Shown piece after piece: positions 40,141-53,102 of a stretch of 64,000 nt of DNA (within the stretch, counting starts at the first letter, position 1; each line of letters opens with the position of its first letter). Source of the stretch: Nageia nagi (Eukaryota > Plantae > Pinophyta); assembly GCA_050084985.1 (NCBI GenBank), contig JBITNC010000001.1, positions 39,618,001 to 39,682,000 of the forward strand. The letters are read 5' to 3'. Position numbers and translations under genes: made by a program. The notes under the pieces are model-generated. The model worked only from the letters and a program-made list of their open reading frames with translations, searched no databases and was not told where the DNA came from.

Positions 40141-40309
40141 GTATCAAAATCACACAAAGGTATATGTTAGTATATTGTGTTACTCATATAAATTATGTAA
40201 GGAAATTTTATTTTATTTTTTCAAAACATGCATATAACATCACAATAGCATGGAAAACCCCTCCTATAACTAGTAACCTATTTGTTAACCCAACACCAAT
40301 GCTCATACC

Positions 40310-43300
40310 TATAAATACCACCATTTTTAGAACATAAAATTTTTTATTTACATGCATGAAAATTAGAATACTTTCAAATAAATTTCAAACACTTTTATAA
40401 GCCAATGCATATAATGACACTCATTACCAAGAGATGCCTATAGACCAGATCTTAACAAATTAAAAAACACATAGAATGAGGAAGGCTTTGATATTTAATC
40501 ATAGTTCAAATTTTAATGCTAAAAAAGCATTAATAAAATTAAACCCTTCTTACATTCTTTACAAGTGTTGAGTGGAAATATCAATAAAATATTGTAGCTA
40601 TAGCCCAAAATTCTAAAATAATTTGAATTCAAATAGCAAACTTATAGAGCCTATAACTTTGGCTTTTCAAATTTAATTTACATAAATTTCAAATTGGAGT
40701 AAGTTCAACTTGTTTAGGTATTTCTCACAGAATTTTAGATCTTTTTGATTAGTGTAGACCCCTCAAGTTCAAGATAGAATTTCATTAATAATTCAGTCCT
40801 AAAACTATCACAAATAATATAGTCAATTGGTAAAGTATGTAATTTTTAATTTACAAATTCATTTATCTTTGTTTTTAAACCATTGAAAATATTTTGAATA
40901 TTACTATATACCCTTCAAATTTGAACTCATTTCAACACATTTAAGACCTCCATACAATGATTGTCCCAATATCTATCAAAACTAAGAAAAACTAGGAAAA
41001 TAATAATTTCTTCATTTATAACACTACAGCGCAAGAGGTTCAAATGCAAACAAATTCAATTTACCACATTGAAACAACTCAGAACTTACCTAAGTAAAGC
41101 TCAACATTATGAAGTCAAATGGAAAAGAATAATCCATTGATCCTTCCCATTATTACAATGAACATTACAAGCATATGTATATAACTGTATAAATTAAAAG
41201 TAATCTTTAATTAATTTTAATTAATGCATTGATAGGCAAGTTCATTATCCATAAACTAATTTCAAATAGGCCAACAAAACTCTTTGAAATAATCATAAAT
41301 CTTTTGAGGAACTTGATAAAATAAGTGAATTAGAATCTACAGAATATAAGGGCATTAATTATGACCATGGAAGGGTCATACAATATACCTATCTATAAAA
41401 TATTTAGCCCCATATATTTGAGGCTCAAAGAAAGACTACTTGGTACAATGAAGGACATGAAAAGAATATGAAATCACACATTTATTGAACCTTAAAAACT
41501 CAATCAACTACTAAAATAAGAGTAATTCATGGTAATAGATTATAATATACTTTATCCAATTATTACATGTCAAACACCCAACATCTTTATAATTTGTAAA
41601 ATAAAATAAACCTATTCCATTATTCATATAACAAGGGTATACAAAACAAAATTGAGACTATTTTGAATAAACTAACAACTATTTGATTTCACTCCATAGG
41701 TTATTAAAAAATTGAAAACTAATACATAAAACCAATTGAGATAAACAAAGGAATCAATACCAAATTTTTATTCAAACTAAGAGCTAATTCTAATGAAATT
41801 ATGTTTTTATTTTAGAGAAAGAGATCTAATATATATATCTAGAACAATATGAACAAATAACTTCAACATTCATAAAATCTTTTATTTGCATGCAACCAAT
41901 GAACTTTAAAGAGGATCCTCACAATGATAGAAAACATAACTAAAAAAGCTTTGCCCCAAGGTCAAATTTGTCTTTGAAAAATAAATATAATTGAGTGTGA
42001 GATTTTTTTAATCTCAATGAGTTTAGGATTAGACCAAACATGTCAATAATGTCTATGAAGAGTTGGATCGCAACCTATATGCAAGTTAGTACCCTTGCAA
42101 AGGAATGCATACAAGGGAAACTAACAAAATCAACTTTCAAAATTAAATAACAATAATGACATATTGGTTAAGATATGATGCAGTAAATTATGGTTCTTTT
42201 ATGCAACATGTTTCATAAAAAAAAAAATTCAGTAATAAAATCTAGAAGCTTATAGTAATAACATCCATATGTGCATGCAAAATGAATAGTATAAACCTAA
42301 ATTTAAATACCACAAATGATTATTTATATAATATGATAATATAGAAAAAAACTACTAAATTTCCAACCTTTTTCATTCATGAAAATGTTTATTGAACAAA
42401 AAAGTATATTTTCTTATTTGTGATGTTTTAAATAGTTCTAGTATTAGATTTTATGTTCAAAAAGGGTATTGGGTATATTCATCATGAATATGAACTTTGA
42501 TCATGCCATGAACATGGTTTCCTAAGGATAAACTTCTAATGATATTGAGCATATTCCCAAAATAAAAATCCCATCAAATGTACAATAGACAACTACAAAA
42601 AATATCATTGAATTACAAGTGATAGAATAAACCCTCTTGGGGTTGCACAATAATCAAAGTTCCATAATTAATTATGTTTTTATGTTATTCAAAATATAAT
42701 CATCATTAAAAATAAATGTTTACTATTGCTAATGTAATGATTCTCATAACATGGGGGTTCTTCTGGAATCAATCATTTTCAAAAGTGGTGAAGACCAAAA
42801 AACTCACCTTCGATGCTACCCAATTTAATTTGAAGCCCATAAAGTTTAGTACAAATTATGCCAAGACTCAAGCTCCTTCCTCTACCTAAGTTTTGATTAT
42901 TAGACCCCCAAAATACCCCTATGAATCTATTTCTAAATAGCCATAGTCCATGATTAGAAAAATGGAGTGAGGGTTTGTAGTAACCATAAGTTTCCATGTA
43001 TTCCCAACTTTTAGTTTGCATTGCCACATGAATTCCTCACTCACCACGTTGTGTCACAACTCCAATCCCATACAAGAAGAAAATATAACTACCTAGAGGA
43101 AAATATCAAATAAAACCCACAACAAGGTGCTACATCTAACTCCAAAAATGATACCAGATGGCCTCATGAAGGAGGAAACATTATCATAGAATCCCCACTA
43201 ACTTGCCACAATGACCCTTAGGTTAAAATCATCCAACAAAATCACTTTTGGATTTTATTTCATGAAGGAAGATCACAAAAAGTTTTACTAGGAAGAGAAA

Positions 43301-45000
43301 CCCTTGGAGCCATGGCAGCCATCTCTCAAGATCCCATACCACAAATGACTTAGGTTTTTTTCCTCTTTTTCCCCAAAACTCTCTCTTATTTCCCCTATGC
43401 TTCTAGATATCTTCTTAATAATACATGAAAAGTGGAAATTAAACATTATTAATTTCCTATTAGGGATTTTTTAAATAATATTCCAAATTGCCCATTCATC
43501 TTAGTACTCTATTAGGTCATTCTAATGGAGGATATTATTATAATTTGAGAATGCATTCCATTATATTCTATTTTCATAATTGAAAAAGACAACATAAATG
43601 TTTAGAGAAGGTAATAAAAGATCACCAAATCTTGCTAAGGCCTTTATTGGCATAATAATTATGATTATCAAGTGTTCTCATAAGGTTGTATATGTAATAA
43701 TAATCTACTTACAGTGATATTACTCACATGGAAAAATTCTTAAAGGGTTTAAATGATGCATTCAAAGATGAAAATGCTTAAATTCTAAGCTAGACAATTT
43801 TTAAGCAATAAATTTAAATTTTAATCTAGTAAAATAAGAAAGATACTTAGATACAAAAAGAAAGGTCATGAAATACTCTACCACTTGGATTAAACACATT
43901 CCACTTTGTTTTTCCTAAGGAAGGATGTAGATAAACTAGTCTCCTTCTATGCATAAATTCATTCATGCATAGACCATTCAAATTTTATTTCAAAACTTCA
44001 ATATGATCTCAAGGACAATGTAGGTATCTCAATTTGTATCCTTTGTAAAAACTCTTGTGCTATAGTCATATACATCTACTATATCAACATCATACTCTTT
44101 TAATTATGTTCACATAATCAAACCTCATAACCTAGTCCCTTCATGAGTGTTTTGTGTAGGAACGACTACAATATCCATGATGTGAGCTTGATAATCTTAT
44201 GAGATCTGAGGCCATTTTCAAGTACAACTGTACACACCTCTCTCATAAGTACTAAATGCATCTTGTGGAATCACTTCCACATGCATGAATTATTGATCCA
44301 TACATCCATGTACCATATTATATTATGGTAAATATATGAGTTATCAGATATCATTTATAATATTTCTCCTTTCCTTGAACAATGTAAATGATCGTGACAT
44401 ACTTATATTCATCCATGGAGTCATATACAATACTCTAAACTTTTCTCAATATTATATTCCTAGACCCATGTTTCTTGGTCTAGTTCAACTTTCTAAAAAT
44501 AATCTTACTCAAAATTTAAGAGAAAAAACAAATTAAACAAATTAGATTATGTCTCTTATACTCCTAAGATGTATAACACCATCTCATGCATAGTACCTAC
44601 CTCAAAGATGTCATATCTAGAATACCTAATTTTGCAACATCCAATATGGTCAACTAACATGCAATACATGTATAGTAATGTTCCACTTTTAATCAATTTA
44701 TTTGATCTTATAATGGAAAACCACAAGTTAGCATCTAATCATTATATAACTAAATAGTATTGAGAAAAGTAATTATAAGAATTCATTTGCTTACATAAAT
44801 TTTTCCTAGTCAAAAGCAGAAATTACATGACCATCTACTCCTCATGGTGTCCATACCTATATGAATCATCAAACATACCTAAACATATCACAATCTTTGC
44901 AAAAGGTAGTTATCCCATAGATTTGAAGGCATAAAAAACACAAATGAAATTTTTTTTTTTTAATTTTTCTTTCTATTCTTACAAAACAAACTAGAATACA
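40310..45000 (-). repeat. 3' LTR (~4.7 kb) of the long-LTR element
   Basis: Starts TATAAATACCACC (vs TGTAAGGACCACC at 54964). The end at 45000 is inferred only from CA followed by ATTCTCCTCTT (minus-strand PPT). Confidence 0.7.
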
Positions 45001-45788
45001 ATTCTCCTCTTGCTAAAAAAATATAATACAAATATTGAATTAGAAAAATTCAAATATATTATAAATACATATATTCCTTATGTGCAATAGTCACATATAC
45101 TTACCACCTATATACCTATATATACAAGTATTGAATGAAAACTCCATCAACGAACTCTTGACTACTTGGAGTGATCACCCAATAAAATGCATGGAGTACC
45201 CACATCAATATTGATGCAACCTTATGTATAATGTATTATCCCACATAACCATGTGCAATAAATTAATTATTAATCCACTTACAAAACACTTTTTACAACT
45301 CATGGTAAGATTCAAAAAATATCCATGCACATCGCATAGATAAGATCCATGCATGCTGCATAGATATCTAGTTTTAATCTTCTTTCTTTATCAGAACCTA
45401 TAAATAAATTTGATAGTAATCAAAAAAAAGAAAATTGAGTTTTGAAAGGGACTCAAAATTTTTTTTTACATTAATAATGGTAATAAAACATATTTTCCTC
45501 TATAAAAAACAAGCTGAGTATAATATAACTTAGCATATAAAAATCATAATAATAATCCCCATAGTACCATATAAAGAATATAATATAGTAGTAGTATAAG
45601 TCATGATTTGTCATGTGTTCATAAGTAAAATGAAGCATTGCAATGAAAATACATTTAAATCCCTATACAATAATATTAAATAAGTTTGTGTTCAAAAATA
45701 GTGTTATTATAATTATGATTATTTTGAAAGAGTAAACCTAGAGAGCCTTAACCCTAAAATTGTAGTCTAGTCATAAAAATAAAAATAA

Positions 45789-47930
45789 CTAGCCCTGATT
45801 GTTACTACCATTGGTTGGCTTCACATTTTGTATTGGTTTGAATTTGAAGTAGATTCCTAAATTATACTAAGCCCTAATAGAGGTTTGGATCATTGCAAAT
45901 ACATGATGCCATAATTCCTGCACCCTTACCTCATTAGGATGAAAAGGTTCCTCATCCATTTTCTTTCTTAAATTTTGATAGTTATGTTTATAGAATTTCA
46001 TGTATATTCTCCTTCAGGATTTTCTCTTTTGCATAAAGAAATAATTTTGAATGTTAGTTCCTTGTATGCATTCATAAATAGGAATGGATTCAAAGACAAC
46101 ACTTAGGCATCCTTGGCTTCTATCTACTTCTGCCAATATTGCATCATGTAGATGAATGTTCTTAGGCATGCAGATAAGCTAGATTTTGTACTTCTTATAG
46201 TTTGTATGTTTGGGTCACCTTCATATAGTTTCATATATAATAAGAGGGAGATTGAGGGGATCAATTTCACTATTTTGAGTGGGGTTAAGAGGGAGAGGAT
46301 CATAGGTATATTGGGATTAGATAGGATGTTTTCACTAATGACCTCCTTGGGATATTTCTTTAGAATATCTGATCAATATCTAGATCCACCCCCTCAATCT
46401 AAGAAAGTTTGCATTTTTTTTGCCTTTCATAAGTGTGCAAGATATGTGGGATTGAGTAATGGCTGATAAAGATTTTATTTTGTTCAATAATATTAGAATT
46501 CTTTGGGGCCAAGCTAATATTACCTTCCTCTCTCATAGGGCTATCAAAAATAAGGATAGATTTAGGGTCCAACATACCTTTTCTTATATAATTTGAAAAA
46601 ATTGAATGGGTCCATATTCTTAAGGGAGTTGGATTCCCACTTGCTTTGTTAAGCCCTACGAAACCTTATTCCTAACTATCTTCTAGGTTAACCTTATCCT
46701 ACAAGTCCTATCTTAGATCATCCTTGATGATAACATTATGAGCTTGAAATGTTGCTCTTATGCACCTCCATAATTGAATTTTCTTTCTTCATCCTCATCC
46801 TATTCATTACCATAAGTTTGATTATTCTCTTTATTACTAGGATTGACATGTTGTGCATCAACATTTTGTGCTAGACCCTCTTGGATATTCACATCAATAG
46901 AGTTCCTCTCATGCCTTCTTTGGGCCCTAATTTAACTATCACTCTAGATGGTAGAGCCCCAATGATTTTCCTCTCTATTCTTAGGTTATCTCTAAACAAA
47001 GTTAACAAGCTAGTACCAATAAACCAGTAACATAATTGCCTAGTGTAAAGCTATAGAGCTGGGTTTTTCCCTGAACTTAATTATCAACATAGCCAAAGAG
47101 TATCAGACAAATTGGGAAAAATTCACCTATTCCTATAGTGGCTTGAAGTGATTTAGCATAATTATGTGGGTGTCAAACACATCCATATGTATACCATCCA
47201 AAGTGATATACTTCATAAAAACTAAGGATAGGGTAAATTGCTCCTATAGTACCCCCTTATGCAAGGCTCAAGTTGGATTTGCCTACCTTCAAATTGTTTA
47301 ACCTCTTCAAGTTTATTGATCTTGTAATTTTGCTTCACAATATTGCCTCTATTTAGGAGTCCTATAGCTTTTATAGTGGTTTATTTGCTAAAGGAAATAT
47401 CTCTCCCATGAGTTTTGCAAGTACCATTCTCCTAAGTACTGATGACATAATTAACTAATCTTTTGTCATTTCTTACTCTACATGCTTCAATGAACCTATA
47501 TATACCTCCTTTGTAGATAATTTTCCAAACATTGAGGTCCTTTTTCACCTTACTAGGATCACTTAACTCTATAAAAATAATGGCTCCTCCCATTTTCCCC
47601 TAACTCATCTCTTTTTGAACATCTTTGTAGATGATAGGGTGGTAGTAGTCATGGTACTTATTCTAGTATTTATGCTTTTCAATTCTGTTAATCCATCCAA
47701 TTTTAATTTCCTTATACTCAAATCCATCATAATGGAATATGAAATAGGATCTCCAACTTATTATTTTACTAATTCTAGGCTTTGCATTAGTTTTCCAATC
47801 CATCATACTAACATCACCTCTGTCAAAATTAATATCCAAATCACTAGATATTATTACCTTTTTAAATGTTGGATCCTTGACTCCCATGCCAATATCAATT
47901 TTGCAAGATTTAGTCATGTCAATTGATAAT
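45789..47930 (-). pseudogene. Extra LINE coding region (ORF2 C-terminal extension, or a separate ORF3 starting MGG at 47593)
   Basis: Long near-open frames: MGGAIIFIELSDP...LPYP..KYITLDG..HIIMLNHF..VNFSQF..LH*AIMLLVY, an acidic linker, and a ~195-codon C-terminal frame with only 4 stops. Confidence 0.7.
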
Positions 47931-50900
47931 TTTTTTAAATCTTAACAATACCTTGTTAATGTCAAAGTACACCATCAAATTCTTACGCAATCTAAGGATT
48001 GTAAGTTTGAAAACTTCATGTGCTTCATTTTCTTTCTCTTCAAAAAGATGCTTATTCCTCTGCTTCCATATTTGCCACCATAGATGGGCAATCAGAATTG
48101 TCTAGCATTTCTCATAGCTTTTTTCTTCCTCCCATGCTAACAATTGTACTATACACTATTTTGCATCATTAGGTTAGATCAATTGGATGTTCATTTTTTA
48201 AAACACCATGCTCCAAATGTTCTTAGAATAATCATAGTGCAAGAAGATATGATCTATGTTTTCCTCTTATTTCTTGCATAAAACACACATGTTAACCATA
48301 CTAATTCCTCTCTTTTTTAATTTATTAAATGTCATCAATATTTTTCTAGCAACAAGTCATAAGAAAAAAGCTATCATGGGTGTTATTTTGGCCTTCCATA
48401 TTTTGTTCCAAATTTTGGCCCCCTTTTTATTTTCAAGATTATTCCTTGGGACTTTGACTACCTCTTTTACCTTGTATTGCCCATCTGGCCTAACCTTCCA
48501 CATCAATTTTCCTTCAATTCTATTAAGCTTAATATCATAGTCATTAAATTTCTTCTCAAGCTGATTGAGATGGTTTGCTATTCTTCCTCAGGAGGGTTTA
48601 TGAATCTTCCAGCTATTGGTGTCTTCTTCAACATAATTGACTATTATGCTCCCTTAGCATTTCAAGGCCCATTTTTCTCTATATTTTTAATCCTTCAGAT
48701 TAATGAGAGACTCAACTTTCAATCGAGCATCTTCTCACATAAAAACTTGTTTACCATCTCCTAGGAGCCATTTAGTTTCCTCTTGGATAGTGAATTTTAC
48801 TACTATTAACCTATTCCAAAAAGGTGAGCCATAAGGTGGGTTTTGAATTCTTAATATGTAGTTTTGACCCATCATATATTTTTCTTTACATATGTGAATC
48901 CACTCCCTTTCTCATTGTGTGCTATTTGCCAAACTAGTTTCCCTCTAAGAGCTTGACCAACATGCTTTATTTTTCTCAACCCCAACTCTCTCTGATCCTT
49001 TTCCATGTAGATAGAGTTCTACCTAACTAGAGTTATTTTCCTCCTTTTTGAGTCTCATGACCACAAAAAATTATTACAAATTTTATCGATATTATCACAA
49101 ATTATAATAGGAAAGTTAAAGGCCATCATGCTATAAACATGAATGCTTTGCAGCACTGATTTAATAAGAACAAGTTTACCTCCATAACCTAAACATTTTC
49201 CCTTCCATCTGGATAATTTATTTTGAACTTTTAGGAACAAGGAATCCCAATAATGAGTTTTAAATCTCCCAACATACATAGGCATACCTAAATATTTAGT
49301 TAGTAAATAATCCATTTTGCATCCCCACACTTTGATGATTCTTTTCTTATTGATTTAATAATAATTTAAGAGGTAGAGTTTGGTTTTCTTAAGATTTATT
49401 TTTTGATGTGAAGCCTTTTCATACATGTTTAGCACCTTCTTAAATTGGATAGATTCACCTCTTTCAACCTTACCAATAAAAATAGTATCATCAACAAATT
49501 GATGATGTGTTATGGTAATACAGTTATGGGATGGTATAACTCCTTTTAAGGCTTGGGTATCCCTAGATTGTTTGATTGTTCTTCCTAGATCTTTAGCCAT
49601 AATGATGAATAGGTAGGGTGATATTAGGTCTCCTTTCTTGAGGCCTCTTTAAGAGTTAAAGTATCATATAATTTTACCATTTATAATAATTGAGAACATA
49701 TGTGTGGAGATACATTCCATAATCCATTTTCTCCACACTTTTTCAAAACAAAATTTTGCTAGCACTATGTCCAAGAAGAACCAGCTTACTATATCATAAG
49801 CTTTTTCCATGTCCAACTTCACAACCATAGTTGGAGTTTTCTTATTATGCATAGAATGAAGAACTTCATGGACTTGGCTAATAACATTAGTAAGTTATCC
49901 TCCCTCCACAAAACCATCTTTCTCAGTAGATATGATTTGAGACATTATTGGTTTTAGTCTTTCTACCATTATCTTTGTAATGATTTTATAAGTTACATTA
50001 CATAGGCTAATAGGTCTATAATCTTTGAACTTCTTTGCCTCTTGACTCTTAGGTATTATAGTCAAGAAAGTGTTATTCCATTATTTTAGTAATTTTCCTT
50101 TTTTATAGAATTCCTTAATAGCATACCACACATCCTTCTCTACTATTTCCCAATTTTTTTGAAAGAACCCAGTAGGAAATCCATCTGGTCCATGAGCTTT
50201 ATCTACTTCCATGAGAAATATCACCTTTTTAATTTATTCTTGTATGATTTGTTGTTGCAATGCTTCATTTTACTGATCGATTATAATCTTTGGTATATTT
50301 TGGATAATTTTTCTAGTAGCTATGGAGTTACTTCTTTGGTCCACTATAAGGATCTCTTTGTAAAACCCCACTGCTTCTTGCTTTAATTCTTGCTCCTTTG
50401 AGGTTACATTACCATCAAATTTTTTGATCTTAATAATCCTTTTGAAGCTTCTCCTCCTTTAAGTCATGATTTTGAAGAACTTGGTGTTCTTATCCCCTTC
50501 ATTTAGCCAATACACTCTAGACTTTTATTTTTAGAGTTGCTTCTCCTATGAAATAGTGTTATAGTACTTTGCTAACACTATTTTCTCTTCTTTGTCTAGC
50601 TCTATCATCCTTTCGTTAATATTTTATTTTCAATCTCTTACAACTTCTCCTTCATCTAAATTTTTCTAAAATGAACATTTTTAAAAGTTGTTCTATTCCA
50701 AATTTTTAAATTTCTTTTGACTTCATACAACTTTTTCACTAATCTGTACATGGTTGTACCTTCTATCTTGATCTTCCACCAATTTGCAATCATATCCTTA
50801 AAGTCCTCATGAGACATCCACATATTTTCTAATTTAAAGGTATTTTTTTCTTCAATGTCTTTTCTATATTAAGATCTTTTGGTCTATGATCACAAAAAAT

Positions 50901-51569
50901 TCTTAATAATGAAGTAATACTAGTATTAGGATAGTTATCTAACCAATCTTAAGAGATTTCTATCCTATCTAGTATCCTCTAAATAAAACCAAACCTAATC
51001 CTTCTATTGAACTAGGTATACCTATTACCTTTCAAGTTGAGATCAATTATAGCAATATTGTCTAGAAAATTCTAAAAATATTTCATACTAGAGGCCATAT
51101 TAATTATCCCTCCATATTTATCCTACAAATTCAAAGGAGAGTTAAAATCTTCTCTTATCAACCAAGGCATATTAAGAAACATATTTCTATGATTAGATAA
51201 TAAATCCCAAAAAACTCTTTTCCTATTTAAGAAATTGGGAACATAGATATTAGACATAATAAAGTTATAGTTTGAGGACTCACATTTGATTTTCATAGAT
51301 AAGAATCTATTGGAGGGGCAATGAATTCTATATACTTCTACTTTCATGGGGTCCCATAATATCCATAGACCATCTTCCTTCCCTACTATTGTGATGGCCT
51401 CATATTTGGCTTCCTTTCATTTTTTTGCTATTTTCTGATTCTTATGTTGTTTAACTTTAGTTTCTTATATTAGGAGGATATCTGGTTTGGTTTCTCTCCT
51501 AAGGTATTTGACAATATTTTGTTTCCTAAGTAGATTGCATCCTTAGATATTCTAGCATATAATATTCAT
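47930..51569 (-). pseudogene. LINE ORF2 (APE endonuclease, RT, zf-RVT)
   Basis: MNIIC*NI*G..ILLI*ETK, NIYVPN, EDFNSPL, KLDMEKAYD, HQFVDDT, KYLGMP, CVLCKK*EENIDHIFL, WWQIWKQRN. Confidence 0.93.
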
Positions 51570-53102
51570 CATCATCTATGCCTAACTCCACTTTGCTCGT
51601 GAGTGTTCTTTGTCTATTTTATTTTTTTTCTTCATAGAGTGAGGGCCTCTTTTCCATATTTTGCTAAGTTAGCTGTGATTCTCTTTAACTTTACCTCTTT
51701 TGTAGTCTGAAGTGGGATTCTGTGTATTCCTTTTTTTTGAGTTTTCTTCTACTCTTCCTCTTTAGTTTACTAGGGAGAGGAATTTTATCTTTAGATTCCT
51801 TACAATTCTTGTCCTCTCCTTCTTCATAATCTTCATCATGTTCTTCTTCTTTCCATTAATTATCATCTCCCTCCTTTGCTTAATTTTATTCTAAATATTA
51901 TTTTGAATATTCTTCTTCATAAGCAATCCTATGTATGAGTACATTAGTATTTCCTGTCAACTCATTAGTTTCTTGAATCTCCTCTTCTCCACTATTTGGC
52001 TTCCTAAGTTGGGTTTCTTCTATTTGAGAGATCAATATTCCTTCTTCTTCTAACTCATTATGTATAATCTCAAAACTATTACCTTATAGAGGTGAATATA
52101 TATTAAGTGGTTCTCTTTGTTCCTTTTCCTCTAAAATGAGTATTTCCTTGTTCTGTTGGTCAAAGATTATGGTTCCTTTATTTGCACCTTCTTTTGATGA
52201 TCCTTATAGTTGTTGGCTAGCTTCAATGATCTTATCTTTTTTCTTATTTATGTTCTAGGTTCGTCCACCTTTGGTTTTTCACATCCCTCCCATCCTACTA
52301 TTATTCATGTATTACTAATGATAGGTGTGTTAATTTTAGTGACCTCCTTGCTGATTTTGTTTTCTATTCTTTATCAGGTAATCTTTCTCCATATGACCAT
52401 ACTGATTACACCAATACATATTATTGGGGGAAAATAAAAGGAGATATCTTGGATATGTTCCCCTTTTTTATTTTTCAAATATATATTTATATTCATAGGC
52501 CTTGATATATCTATATTGGCATAGAATTTGGCTATTTGAAAAGTTGCCTAGATCTTGTATTCTTGTCTAAGCATATGAATTCCCCCATTATTGAAGCAAT
52601 GCCAACTATTACTTCCTCAAACCATAAATTAGTTGGTAGGTATGGTAGGAAGATAAACATTAGGATTTTTGTAAATGATTAATTTTGTGGCTTGAATCCT
52701 TCATACCATACTTTTATATGTAAACCACTTTTTCTGAACCACCAAGGTCCCTTCTCCATGACCCAGTGAAGATCATCTTCATTGTTAACAATGAACATAA
52801 GGAATTCCTTTGGAAGGGTTTCCATTTCCACCTCTCCTTTGAGCCTCCATATTATTTTGATCCATATTCTTATATTTTTGAGTATTGGTATTACACCCAT
52901 GAACTTTCCAATAAGAGTATTCTTTTTGGATTCCTGGATCTTCTCATACATAGCATCTGGGATAATTATTCTTGATATCCCTTTATCAAAATTGACCTTT
53001 TATACCTCCACTAACATACCCAAGTGGATCTCATTCCTTATATTCCTTTGCAAAGCTTGGAGAAAAGTCAAGTATGGGCTCCCCCCCATTGAGTCGGTCC
53101 AT
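51570..53102 (-). pseudogene. LINE ORF1 (DUF4283-type RRM, zinc knuckle, acidic tail)
   Basis: LIGKFMG..IRIWIKIIW..FLMFIVNNEDDLHWVMEKGPWWF..LHIKVWYEGFKP. Confidence 0.88.

Noticed and set aside
47780-47860. DINFDRG as the start of a LINE RNase H domain
   Set aside because: The upstream W.PP motif and the downstream AE / EGDS / N..AD motifs are not recognisable. At most a vestige; needs an HMM test.
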